Below are positions 1 to 12,466 of a stretch of DNA of 64,000 nt, one piece after another; position 1 is the stretch's first letter; each line of letters opens with the position of its first letter. The notes below the pieces were generated by a model. The model worked only from the letters and a program-made list of their open reading frames with translations, did not search any database and was not told the origin of the DNA. The stretch is from NCBI GenBank assembly GCA_051294375.1, contig CM119269.1:11204883-11268882 (forward strand), in the 5' to 3' direction. The position numbers and the translations under genes are program-made. Source of the DNA: Paraspadella gotoi. Lineage: Eukaryota; Animalia; Chaetognatha.

Positions 1-899
1 GATTATATCACTAATAAGGATTTTTTATGATGTAATTCTTTTTAAATTCAATCAAGAAAATGTCTAAATTTTAGGCTAAAATAGTTTTTTTTCGCCAATT
101 TTACGGTGTGAGATAAAAAATTAAACATAGAATAGTAAATGAATTAAACACAAAATGAAACTTATATTAATGATATACTTATGAATTATATTTATTAAAT
201 ATTTAAACTATAGTAAAGATTTTTTTGGTGTAACTCGCAAACGGACACGGGGTATAAAACTAAAACTAGGTGTTTAGTCCATTCTTAGCAGAAAGTAAAA
301 GAAAAGGTATTCAGTATTGTTTTTTTGGGCGTTACTTGGTAGTTTTAATATCAATTTAAGGAATTGTTTTTTTTTTAAATAGGAGTGCATTTCAAGACGT
401 GTTTGATTGGGAAACAATGATTTCGCCATGTCCCAAATTTTTCGGGTTTCGGTAAGACCGTTTTTTATAATTCATTAATGTACAGTATTATTGTCGAATA
501 CGGAAGCTCACAAATATTATCTAAACGTCGCAAGATAGTCGAAATTTATTAATTCCTTTTTTGGGCATCAGACTGGGTTCCCGATCGCTCATCAAACTCC
601 AAAACCAAAAGAAACGTCTGCTTGGTCGAATGGCTCTTTTACGCCTTCTTTTTTTTGGAATTCTCGCGCCTGTTTTGTGTCGTTTTTGTAATGTTTAATG
701 AAAAGTTTGGATAGTTTTTGGAAAAATCTTGGACCCGTCATTAAATTAGGTGATTTTTTGCGTTACTTCATTTTGTAGAATTGAGATGCTGAGAGACTGG
801 ATTTATTATATATATATATATAATTATATATATATATGTATAATATTTATTTCATGATTATATTATGGCCAATATTCAAAGCCCTGCATTTATGTCGGA
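1..899. repeat. Left arm of a long inverted repeat (truncated by window start)
   Basis: Reverse complement matches 1734-~2590. Example: GGATAGTTTTTGGAAAAATCTTGGACCCGTC (~709-739) versus GACGGGTCCAAGATTTTTCCAAAAACTATCC (~1870-1900). Inner edge ...GCATTTATGTCGGA versus TCCGACATAAATGC... Many small indels between the arms. Confidence 0.9.
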
Positions 900-1080
900 A
901 TGATAATATAAAGAGTAAAACGCAATAAGATTTTTCAGCGAGCACATACTCTCCAAGATTGGTTAGTGTGACCAACACCAGCCCCCCTTTACCATTAAAG
1001 TATTTTTATTTTATTTATTTCTTTCTAAAAATCAATGTCAAACATACATAGTACAGCGCAGCGTTAGCAGATAAGGTCAC

Positions 1081-1474
1081 CTTCGAGTACGTGTCTTGTT
1101 GCCCACGTCCTCCTATCGCGTCTCGCGACGAAACTTAGTGGAGCGGTGGGCACGAGACGAGAACGTGGACTCGCTGGAATTTGTTGTCGACGACCGCCAC
1201 ACAAGTTGCTCATTTATGACGAAAAAGAGGGAAAGGGTCCGCCGATCGGCGAATGCGGAATGACAATCGAAGCACGGGCGAAGGCCAGAGTTGGCCTGCA
1301 ATGACGATCGGAAGACCAGTGAATTCGAGTCGAGTATTGCCGTCAAATTAGCGATCGTCAAAATGATTAGTATCCGAGGGACATTGGACGTAAAGGGGAA
1401 AGTCTTTCGGGTTCCTTCGAAAATTTCGAAGCTCGCGTTTATTCCATAAAACTCAATTCGAAAGGCAGGCGGAC
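1081..1474 (-). CDS. Internal exon of a GT31 beta-1,3-galactosyltransferase-like gene (stem region and start of catalytic domain), frameshifted in this assembly
   Basis: Minus-strand acceptor TTTCTAATTTCTACTTCAACAG|G and donor GAAG|GTGACC. Reading across frameshifts gives FVINE-x-NLCGG...LVPTAPLSFVAR-(DAI)-RRTWATRHVLE, matching the GT31 N-terminal pattern F.INEP..C...LV.SAP.N...R.AIR.TW. Confidence 0.7.
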
Positions 1475-1733
1475 CTGTTGAAGTAGAAATTAGAAATGTG
1501 ATTTATATGATAACTTTCAGGCTGCAGCATCTTATAATGATCTGGAAACTCTGGTATTTAAGGCAACATTTAGAAAAACATTTTAACACGGCAGGATCCC
1601 CCTATGATTCCCATGGCACACTAGCGCAGAACTCACATGTTAGCGTTAGAACTCTTAATGGCCGCATGCGAACTGGCCGCGGAACTGCGCGAGAGCCACC
1701 CGGATTGACCGGAACGTTAGCCTGCTAAGCCTA

Positions 1734-2590
1734 TCCGACATAAATGCAGGCTTTGAATATTGGCCATAAAATAATCAAGATAAATATATAACTATAATAT
1801 AATAAAAATCCATTTCTCAGCATCTCAAATCTACAAATCGAAGTAACGCAAAAAAATCACCTATTTAAAGACGGGTCCAAGATTTTTCCAAAAACTATCC
1901 AAACTTTCATTAAACATTACAAAAACGACACAAACAGGCCGACGAGAATTCCAAAAAAGAAGGCGTAAAAGAGCCAATTCGACAGCAAACGTTGTTGGAG
2001 TTGAGAGCGATCGGACCCAGTCTGAGCCAAAAAACATATTTCACATCTGTGCGACTTAGATATAATTTTTGAGACTTCCGTATTCGACAATAATACTGTA
2101 CATTAAATGAATTATAAAAAATCGGTCTTACCGAAACCACACGAAACTTGCTGGAATCATTGTTTCCCAATCAACCCATAAATTGCCACTCCTATTTACA
2201 AACAATTTCCTCTATTGATATACCAAGTACCCCTCAATACATACGAACCTTCGTATACTTCCTGCCTAGAACCTAACACTTTAAAGTTTTATACCACCGT
2301 TCCGTTTGCGAAGTTGAACCAAACTAATAAAATCTTACGTATAGTTTAAATATTACATAAATATTTAATTTCTAAGTAATTCATTAATATACAGTTCATT
2401 TGTCTTCATGTTTTAATTTCATTACTATTCTATTTAATTTTTTCTCACACGTAAATTGAGCAAAAAAATACTTCAGCTAACTTAGCGATTTTCTGATTGA
2501 ATTAATCAAATCAACAAGTCCTATAGTTCTAGATCCATTTCGTTGTAATGTATTTTAAGATTGTACATTATAAAAATCCTAGTTATAATA
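1734..2590. repeat. Right arm of the long inverted repeat
   Basis: Reverse complement of 1-899. Outer boundary is approximate because the partner arm runs off the window. Confidence 0.85.
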
Positions 2591-5499
2591 AATAGGATGT
2601 GATTATTGTAAGTTGATAATTCTGATGGTTTTTATTATTATTATAAATCATACGTTTCTTTATGACACAATAATCTCAATACACAAAAATATACGCTGTT
2701 GTCCACTGAGCATGTTCTTTTTCTGGACTTCTTCATAAATTGTTAAATATTTTCAAGATCTCCAAGTAAATCTATACAGTTCCAGACTAATTTAATATGT
2801 TAGATAATTTTCAAATAATTTAAATGAATTAGAAATTCAAGTATAATGGATTTTCCTCTTTTATAAAAGATAGTTGTTTTACGAAGATCGCAACTTCGGA
2901 TGCAACCAGTGACCATTACAACGAAAAGGTTGTTTTACACTAACGCAAAATATCAAATTACATCTTATGAAAATTAAATATTAATAAAGTCGCAGTCAAC
3001 TTGCCCCTATGAATGAAAAAATTAAATATTTATCAATGAGAAATGGTAACTTCCCATCTTTTATGGTTGTCACTCGGCGACACGGAACACGGGTATATCT
3101 TCAATGTATTCAGAACTTTATCTTCTCCAATCTAAAAACGGTAATAACTAATAACGTCAATTCGATGATCGGATGTGTAAATACATATTCCTTAGCATTA
3201 GAATTAACAATAAAATGACTAATGCAATAGAGATTATAAATAAGCAATATGAATTATCACAACTTGCTACCTTGAAAAGTAAACTAGTGCAGCAATTTTC
3301 GAAATTATCGTAACATAATTGTAACCGGATGAAAGTTATATATTCATTAAGAAAAGAGTTAAATATTATCGTTTCCATTTCCTGGAGAGAAAAATCAGCA
3401 AGGTCTCAAGTAAAAGATCGTTAAGTAAAGAATCGATTAAAGTGAAGAGATTTACACTAATCTCGTCGATCGGTTCCACCCTTGGGATTGGCACTTGGCC
3501 AATCGTGCAGGCCAACAGCGGATCCGAGCCTCGACGTGCGACTCACAAATATCCGCGACTGCTGCTTCCAATTCAGCTGCTTGAGCGCAAGAGTTCGCGG
3601 CTCGAGTCTTTTATTTCGATTTTTCGAACGTGTAGCGCTTCAGGTGTTATTGTATACGAAAAACACGAGTTATCTTCTATGTTGTAAAAATTGTCAGCAT
3701 TGGTAATTAATATGAATACAGCGAGTTGATCGATCCTAGTCGATTATCAGAAAATTATTGAACGGATAGATTAACATGTTCTTATTGGTCAAAATTTTAA
3801 TGAATAGTATTAACCTAACTGGGTTTATTTAAGAAGTCATGGTTTGTTAAATACTAGTAGTTTAAATTAAATTCCGGATAAAGCCAAGATAACCGGGCGA
3901 AAATAGAGCGATAAATATTTGCTAAACCATGGCATTGCAAGGATTTTTCGCCAAGTTTTTGTGTACTTGTTGTAGAAAAGTGTTATAGTAATTCTTTCAT
4001 CTCGTAGCACTGGAGGATTTAGCAACATACGTAAATATAATGACACATAATTAACTCCATTTAGATAAATTACAATGGCGTTAAATTAAACGCTAGCGTC
4101 AGCAACATTCAAAATGATAGAAGAAATGATGGAGAGTGAAGAATTTCAAAGTCCTTTCTCACAAATTTAATATATTATTAGATATAAGGCAATATGTAAT
4201 AAATATGCAATATGGTATTAAACCTCGTTTTAATCAACTCCAATACAGTGTTTGTTTCATCCGTGATCTATATACTGAGTATCTCTGAGACCTTGTTCAC
4301 GAGGGCAGCTAAGAATACCGTTGTTCTATGGGCGGCCTTTAATTATTTTCTTAAAAATCAAAGTAGGCTAACCGCCCTCACGATCGAGAAAGAAACTGAG
4401 ATATGGCATTTTTTTAAATAATATATTGCTGATCTGAGATAGTGATTGAGGTCTTCACCATTCGAATTTTTATTTTTTTCCTGATAAAGAGACCATTTGA
4501 CAGTTAAGACAATAAAAAACAACACCACCCGCTTTAAACAATTTGTGATAATATTGAGTATGAGCAGGACTAATTATCTGCACTCGATGGAGCTGACTAT
4601 AAATAAAAAGATAATGAATTTTATCACACCACACACTATTTAGCAAAAGAGCGAAGTGCGAGTGTACAGAGATCTCATCCACTAGGCGTGGCGCTCGAGT
4701 CCTTGCCAGTGTATACCCGTTCTCTATGCTAATCTTGTGTAAAAACAAGATTACTGTGGTTCTAAACTTTAATCATAGATGCGGTGAAAAAGCCCAAATT
4801 TTACGTTACCATTGTAAGACGATCCGGGCGTTAGATTTTATCTTTAATTTAATTTAATTGAATTTAATTTGTATTTTTATCAACAGAATCACATATCCTG
4901 TTATTCTAATATAAATTGTAATTAAACGTATATTTTTTCAATCAGAAAAAACTATGAGGCTAGTACTAACTAAACAATCAGACGGTAACTGAAGTAAATA
5001 TCGGCGCCCAGAACATTAAACAATCATCGATACCGTTACGCCATAAGATAATATTTTTTCTGCAATGAAATAACAGAAAGCACGACTAATCATATATTAT
5101 TGATATGTTCGCAGAATGAAAGTGTATCAACATATTGTAAACAGAAAAGTTCCGAGTTTTTTGGATTTACAGGCTTCTCAGGTTAATGTATGTTTAAAGT
5201 ATTATCTCACTTATCGCTAATATATTCTCTTTTTATCAAGTTTAGGTCAAAGGTAGCTTCTTTGAAAAATAGAATAAAAAAGCGCTGGATTATGTGATAT
5301 GTGCGTGGTGGACCTTGTATTATTTTCCAACTCCGGCGGCGAAAAGCTTGCGTGTCTTTAGTTGTGTGGAGTGGTTCTAAATAATCCGTACCAGTTCTGC
5401 ACTCCAGATGACGTACTGTCGCCATTATTCGTAAGGAGTCAGTTAGCGCGTGCGCAGCCTTCCCCATATTGACCAGCACAGCGTCACGCCAAAGTTGGC

Positions 5500-6196
5500 C
5501 ATTGTGGTTCTGGCCGACTCGGAAGGGGCATGAACCGGCTCATTGTCGCCCGGAACCGTTTGGGGTCGCTTCTTCCGCATACCACCATAAGGTCCGCTGG
5601 CTGCTATGCCCGGTGGTTGCCTTGCAGGTTATAGGGAATGGGGCGCTTTAACCTCTCCTGATATATGGTATTTCACGCCTGATCTGAAGTCTGCAGGAAC
5701 TGTTATATTGAATCGGTTTGGTCACTACAGCAACAAGTATGATTACTGTATCCTCTTGTCAGTTGGTGATGCCGACTTCCGAACACAACATGCAGGATAA
5801 ATCCAGCACTTGCATCTGCGACAGTGCCCTTAACCTGGCGTATGCACGTTTCCGGAAAACAGCATGCTAGGCCGACATGCTCAACTTGTGTGACGAAACT
5901 TTCCACAGACGAATGTCACTGAAGACGGACAATACAGACTTCTCGCCTAACGGTGGGGGGGATGTATGGTGGATAATAATCCACCACTCGTCATTCAGCG
6001 GCCATTTGGTGCCGGAGGCTAAACAATTCGCCTCCCAACCCAAAGGTCCGGGGTTCTATTGCCCGGTGGTTCGCCTTGGGCGCTTAACTGCCTGCCTTAA
6101 CACTGCGTTACATGCCCGATCTAGAAGCTACAGGGACTGCTTATATTGGAACGGTTCTGTCACTAACACATAACTAATAATATACTGTTCTCTTCA
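5500..6196 (+). mobile_element. TRIM-like miniature LTR retroelement, copy A (diverged or low-quality sequence)
   Basis: Same layout as 24222-24847. 5' LTR ends ~5761, PBS-like TGGTGATGCCGAC at 5764-5776, purine-rich tract GGTGGGGGGGA, then 3' LTR (TG)TATGGTGG...CTCTTCA at 5963-6196. The 5' boundary is approximate. Confidence 0.75.
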
Positions 6197-9100
6197 GTCT
6201 GCAGTTGAATTCCTTTTTTGATCTTCAATTCGATGAATGAGGGCTGAAGAGAAATAAGAGCAAAAAATAAATTTTTTGGAATGAAATTGTTTCATTTCTG
6301 CATTGCTTAAAGATTAAAGACAGTCATATCTTTGCTTGAGTTTAAAAAGTAATTCTTATGGACAGTTTAAGAGAATATTGTTTTCTTAAAAATGCTTTTT
6401 AAAATTTGTGGAAGACATCGCGAGCAGTTATAGATCGTCCGTTGCACCACGAAAGGTCCGAAATCGATCGGCTGTAGTCCGCACAGCTAAATGTATGTTA
6501 GACGCCCGTCCGCTTTTACTTGTGTGAATTCAGCAGGGCGCGACCCGAGTCCATTTGGGTTGGGAGGAGGCTTCGGTTTCTCGGTGGTGGCTACCTTCGG
6601 GCGCCATAGGTGCTTGTCTGATTTTCTCGGTACGATGTAGTGGGTGTATTGAAATACTAGCCAGTCTACATGATTTTAATTTTGTTATTCTTGTATTGCT
6701 CAGTGGCGTGTGAAAAAAGAGGCCCTTTTTATGGATTATTTTTGGCGATGCCACCTTTAAGACTACAGTATCAACTATATAGTATAAGCCCATCCTAACC
6801 TTCGTATCAATTAAGTGCCATAATAATGTTTAATACTACTTATTGAGTGGTATGGTCTAGTAGAATTTTTTTTTCTAGCCCTAACTCTATCATTCGGTGG
6901 CGCTGTTGATGCTTATTTTGGATTTTGTAGGGATTTGTGACTGGTGAATTAACTGTTAATTCCTGTATTTTTTATAAAATATAAGATTTGGAAGGTTAAC
7001 ACATTCAATTTTTTAACAATTTTTAATTATTGTTTTCCTTTTTTTTTTACAAGCTTTCCAATATTAGGTGGTGAAATAATTAATCAACGAGGTAATCGCG
7101 CAAATTTTTTAAAGTACACAGATTAATGTATTATAAAGGATATGATCGTCCAATGCCAATGGACTGAATTTTTTAACCTATTAGAGCCGAATTATTGGAT
7201 CGCAGAAAAAAAAAAAGAAATAGGTCAGGAAGGAAACTACAACTTATTTCTGAATATTTTTGGGTCAACAAAAAACTGGATAGTTGGCAAAGATTTTCAG
7301 AAATTTAACCGTTATCCTTGCCAAAGTTAATTGGAATCGTTAAATTAAATTATTTTTTATCGATGATATAAACTTTAATGATCTAAAGACGCCTTGCGAG
7401 AACTCGATGCGTTGAACCGTAAGCGGTATACGATCAAAGGTACGCCTGTTAGGCTACTGCATCAAGCTTAGGTCAAGACTTAAGGCAGAACTCTTCCTGA
7501 GATTTCTTTTTTAATCAACTTTTCAATGTGTTCATATTATGTTAAAACATCTCCTTATTAGCGTATTATTTGGAGTTTGGCGCCGCCAAAAGGTAACTTT
7601 AAAAATAAGATAGAAAAGAAAAAAAATATTGCATGCAAAGTTTATTTTAAGTTCATTATTTTTCTTGCGGAATGTTAGTCTCATTAGTCGCCTCCTGTGT
7701 ATATCATACAGGTATCCGTCCGAAGTATTTTCCATATCCTTTAACTGTTACAAATTATAATTTTATTTATTTCATATTTTGTTAAAGGTCTTTAAACTAT
7801 ATACTTTTTGAGCGTCTTTACATATATAGACGATAAAATAAATAAATATAAGGAAGTACATCTCGAATAAAAGGGAAAGGGGAACACTGATTCCCGCACT
7901 TCCCCTCTTATCTTCCTCGCACCGTTTCCATCAGCGGTCTCGGTCTTTATCTTAGTCTCCTTTTCCTCTTCCTTTCTTCGCAGTCACGTCTCTGTTCATC
8001 AGAGGCGTGAGCCGGGCATCTCCCCATTTGCAATATACATTAATGAATCGTCACGTGAACGAACTTTTGTCATCTGTTTTCATGGAAACCAGCGCTTCTC
8101 CTTTTTTTTTCCGTTCCCGTTCTCCAGCAAAAAAAAGGTGAGATAGTGGTGATGGGGTAATCATGTTTGCTCCACAGAGCGGGCGGTGAAGTTGATTCGT
8201 TTGGTTTCCTAGATCCAGTGTATGAATGAACTGAGACAAAACAAGAAATATACCTTTTTACTGTTGACTAAATTATAAAGCCCTAGAATTTTTTAAAACT
8301 TTTTCCGCACGTAAATATAAAGTAAACTTTCTGCCTTTCACACTCCTAACCACCCTTCTTTGCTTTCTTCTTACGCAGCTCTCTCTCTCTCTCCTCTCCT
8401 CCTCCCTCCCATCTCTCCTCTCTCTCGTCACCTCTCATCCTCTCTTCTCTCTCTCTCTCTCTGTGTCCACCCTCCCCTAATATCATCCCCTTCATCGCTC
8501 TTTTTCATGGAGCACGCGCCTGGAAACCGCCCTCCAACGCAATCAATAAAGCCTTACAATGGAAAAAAGAAAGAGAGAAACGCAGAAAAGAAAAGAACCT
8601 ATAAATTTAAGAATCAAAAAAAAAGAAATAAACTTTCCTTCAATTATCCATCCATAAGTAATTTAAGAAAGTAATCGACTTTACACTATTTGCCGCCAAT
8701 GTTCTCTTTTATCGACAAAAGCAAAAAAAACTATAGGATTGAATAGCATAAGATGTTACAAAGAAGGATTCATTATTTGAATAGAAAGGCACAGAGACAG
8801 TGGGAAAGAGGATAAAGAAGAAGATAGAGAAAGAGAAGAAAGAGAAGAGAGAGAGAGGAGAAGAAAAAAGAAGAGAGAGAGAAGAAGAATCTTTTCCTCA
8901 AACGGACACCTTATTCCTGCAAAGCTGGAAGCCGGTCAGTATCTGCACAAAACCAAGACCTACGTATCCAACGAAACTGGTTGGAGCCAAAAGAAGCAGC
9001 GGAAGGAAGAACGGAAAAACAGAAAAGAAAAGAAAAAGAACAGCAGTTACAGAAAATAGAATATGAACATGAAGAAGAAACCGGATATTAACCATAAAAC

Positions 9101-9424
9101 GTAAAATCGGACTAATTTTATCTAATAAAAAAGATCATTTTAGTAAGTAACAAATTCAGTATAAAACCAAAGTTAATCTAAGCAATTTCAAAAAAATAAC
9201 AAAAGTAACATCCCTAACCTTTCTTGATAATTTTACCGTTTAATCTCTCGTTCCCACCTCTTCCTCCTCGCATCCCTTTCCGCCTCTCGCCTTATAAAGG
9301 AATGAAAACCAAAGGAAAAATGAAGTAATAAAGAGATCTTCCAACACTCGAGGACAGGAGAAAAAAAGAAAGATAACAAAGAATGAAAAAAAAATAAAGA
9401 AAGAAAGAGAGAAAGAAGAAAGAA

Positions 9425-9449
9425 NNNNNNNNNNNNNNNNNNNNNNNNN
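9425..9449. other. Assembly gap (25 N)
   Basis: Run of exactly 25 N. Confidence 0.99.
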
Positions 9450-9502
9450 TTAATATTATCAATTTCGAAGAGAAACGTTAACCAATAACCATCGTTTAAC
9501 AG

Positions 9503-10341
9503 AAAACAACATAAAGATCGCCTTTCTTATCGGCGCCACTCGCAACCATTCCGTCCAAGGCCTCATCAACGAAGAGAGTCGCCGCTTCCGCGATGTCATA
9601 CAATCGGACTTTTCGGACTCGTACATGAATCTCACGCTAAAATCAATCCAGATGCTTCGATGGGCGTCAACCTTTTGCCGACCCGATTTTCTTCTCAAGT
9701 GCGACGACGACATGTTCGTCAGAATTGACAATCTTTTGAAGGTAATCGTCCAGAAAAATGGTCGTTTGGAGCGCAGCATGTTTGGCATGCTGATCAGAAA
9801 GGCCGTTCCAAAACGAAGCAAAAGCAGCAAGTGGTTCGTCACTTACAAGGACTACAAGTGGAACCATTACCCTAACTATTTAAGCGGAACTGCTTATGTG
9901 ATATCCGGTAAGTTCTCGATGGCCTTTGGCGATTGTCCGATCACCTTTATGAATCAAAGTGTTGTGATAATAAAATTATATAAAACATTATGTTTCAAAA
10001 ATATATTAATACCATTTTATGTGTACATTATTTTTGTGTGCAAGTTTAACCACGAAAATGGAACTCATGTGAGACTTCCTTCTTCGCCAGGCGATTTACT
10101 CGCAAGTTTATACGAAGCTGCGCTCACAACTAATCTCTTGTTTTGGGAAGACATCTTCGTCACAGGAGTTTTGGGCCAGAAGGTGGACGCTCACCGCTTC
10201 GATAATTCAGGATTCACTTACAACAAGCGCGCCAAAGACGCTTGTGCATACAAAAATGCAGTGACTGGTCACGAGGTCACCGCCGAAGAGATGATATGGC
10301 TGTGGAACCACACCATCGATCCAAATAAAATCTGGAAATAA
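9503..10341 (+). CDS. Beta-1,3-galactosyltransferase-like protein (CAZy GT31, Galactosyl_T domain), last two exons 9503-9907 and 10091-10341
   Basis: Motifs IAFLIG, EES..FRDVIQSDFSDSYMNLTLKS, FLLKCDDDMFV (DxD), YPNYLSGTAYVISGD and WEDIFVTG. Acceptor TTTAACAG at 9502, donor G|GTAAGT at 9908, acceptor CGCCAG at 10090, stop TAA at 10339-10341. Confidence 0.93.
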
Positions 10342-11270
10342 CTATAAGATAAGCACTTACATCCTTCTGGTTGTATGTGTAAGATTAACTTTAGATCCAG
10401 TTTTAATGTGAAATTAAACTTTTTTTTTTTTTAGCTACTTGGTTTATCATATTTAACTAACGAAACGAGTACCTTCAATTAATTTGGTTTCACTGATTAA
10501 TTAAATTATCTTTAATATTTTGAATAATAAGATAAAATACAAACATTTTAAGCTTTATAGTTTTACTCATATTGATGCTCCTACCAAGTATTATGAAACA
10601 GCATTTTGCTGTTAAAGAAAATTTTTACTTATTAGATATTGAGATAACAAAAAAGAAAACTTATTCATTCATGTTGAAAATAACTAGATTTTGAATCCCA
10701 CCAACAACGTAATGTCGACGTTCATGTTAATTTAATTGAGATCAATTATATACTGTTTTAAATCATTTTTTACAATGTTTTTGAAAGCAATAAAGATTAC
10801 ACTAGAAATATCTCATAATGAAATCGCTTAACCTGAAATTTGACAAATGTCAGATTGCTAACTCCCATGTTGGAAATTGAATAAGTCACCGAAACTTGTG
10901 CTTATTTTTTGTAGCTTTTAATATTAAATAGAAAAAATAATTTACATATTCAAAATTCTTATATTTTCTCTGGCTTTCGTAATAACTCTTGAATGCAAAT
11001 ATTTTAAAAGTACAGGTGTGGGGAAGAAATGAAAACGGGCATCTAAATAAAAATAAAATTTTATTTTAAATGTATAAATATTTAATTGTTAAGTATAGAT
11101 TGATATTAAAAGCAATGTATACATCAAAATGTATGGATAAGTTAAATATATTTAAGGCCAGATTTTATTCTAGATGCTTCATGAATCATGTATCCAAAAC
11201 GCGTGTGTTTTTCATCATATTTTAAAAAAAAATAGCTTTTTACTAAAAATTAAAAAACTTAATTTTTTAG

Positions 11271-11408
11271 ATATGAAATTGGTAGAATCAATATAAAAAT
11301 TCATTTAATAAATAAGCTATCTTACCCCTGACTTTGGACAGGCTTTGGTGGTTCAAGGCCTCCATCAATCTTACAAGATAATGACATAGCAGGTCCCTGC
11401 AAGCTTTC
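11271..11408. repeat. Dispersed ~140-bp repeat, inverted partner at 19262-19406
   Basis: GCTATCTTACCCCTGACTTTGGACAGGCTTTGGTGG...CCCTGCAAGCTTT is the near-perfect reverse complement of 19262-19355. A short fragment (ATGAAATTGGTACAACCAATATAA) recurs near 63805. Confidence 0.85.
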
Positions 11409-11612
11409 AATCAAGACTCTCTCACAGTCTCGTTTATTCACTCCCAGAGTACCTCGCTTCCCTATAAATGAAGTGGTATAATATTTTAAAGTATGTTTCA
11501 ATTGTATGAAAAGATCATTTTATCATTTTTTGCTTTATATTTTTTAATTAAAGATGTCAAAAGTTTTATTTATTTTCCAACATGGTAAATTGCAAAACTA
11601 TGCTTTTGTTGA

Positions 11613-11896
11613 CTAAGCTGACCGTTTTTTCTTTTTGTTTGAATTGATTTTCTTTTTTCTCCCATTCTTTTTTACTTTTTTCTTGCCACCCGCTTTATTA
11701 CCCTTTCCTTTGCCCTTGAGGCGTTTTGCCTTTTTTCGCTGAATTCTTTTTCCCCTCCACCGGAAGCCCGCCAATCTAAGCGCCTCCACGGCGTTGTGGG
11801 CAAAGACGAAGATGGCGTCGAAAGAATCAGGGTCCAAGGACGGTGTAATTACCGGCTGCCATGTTGGTTTTGCCAAGCTTCCCGGCTTTGTGTCCT
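11613..11896 (-). CDS. Putative terminal exon encoding a Lys/Arg/Gly-rich basic C-terminal tail, gene unidentified
   Basis: Long polypyrimidine tract plus TATAG acceptor on the minus strand. Open frame DTKPGSLAKPTWQPVITPSLDPDSFDAIFVFAHNAVEALRLAGFRWRGKRIQRKK...KKKKRSA*. GC content is higher than the flanks. Upstream exons were not located. Confidence 0.55.
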
Positions 11897-12466
11897 CTAT
11901 AGCAACGGATGGGAGTTGGGGAGAGGAAGAAAAAAAAGAAATTTCGTGTCGCTTCTTAAATTTAAAAAGGGACTTATACTGAGTGCTTCGGAATAAAGAT
12001 AGATATGTGATGTGAAGATAGATTATTCATTAGTAACCTATGAAGATTAGTAAACTGAAATCGATGATTGTTTGTTGTTGTAATACCTGGTTTTTCAAAA
12101 AGGTTCACCCTAAAATTTTTAGACATAATTATGCAGTTATTTATTTAGCAAGAATTTATTCTAAATCTTAAAATTGTATTTTAAAATCTTATATAGCTTT
12201 ACTTTACTTGTTTGCTTTAACATTATGCATTAAACAGATCTAAAATTGAAAAATATTTTATTACTAATTAACTTAAATTTCTTCTAATATATACCTTCTG
12301 TTAAGGATAATTGTTCCAGAATCGTCAAATTGACCTTCGCTATTGTCAAAAGTTGTTTTCGAAAATCCAACTGCGAAAAAGCACGTCATTACTGAATAAT
12401 CTTATGAATGATTATATCTTCATTCATGTTATAAAAAATTCAAGATATTTATTTTGTTTGTAGATA

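Noticed and set aside
1-2590. Simple missed-adapter fold-back read as the sole explanation of the inverted repeat
   Set aside because: A pure fold-back would have little or no spacer, whereas here there is an 834-bp unique spacer containing an exon. Other misassembly modes remain possible.
6555-6600. Fourth TRIM LTR copy (TTTGGGTTGGGAGG, minus strand)
   Set aside because: Only ~14 nt match, too short to support a call.
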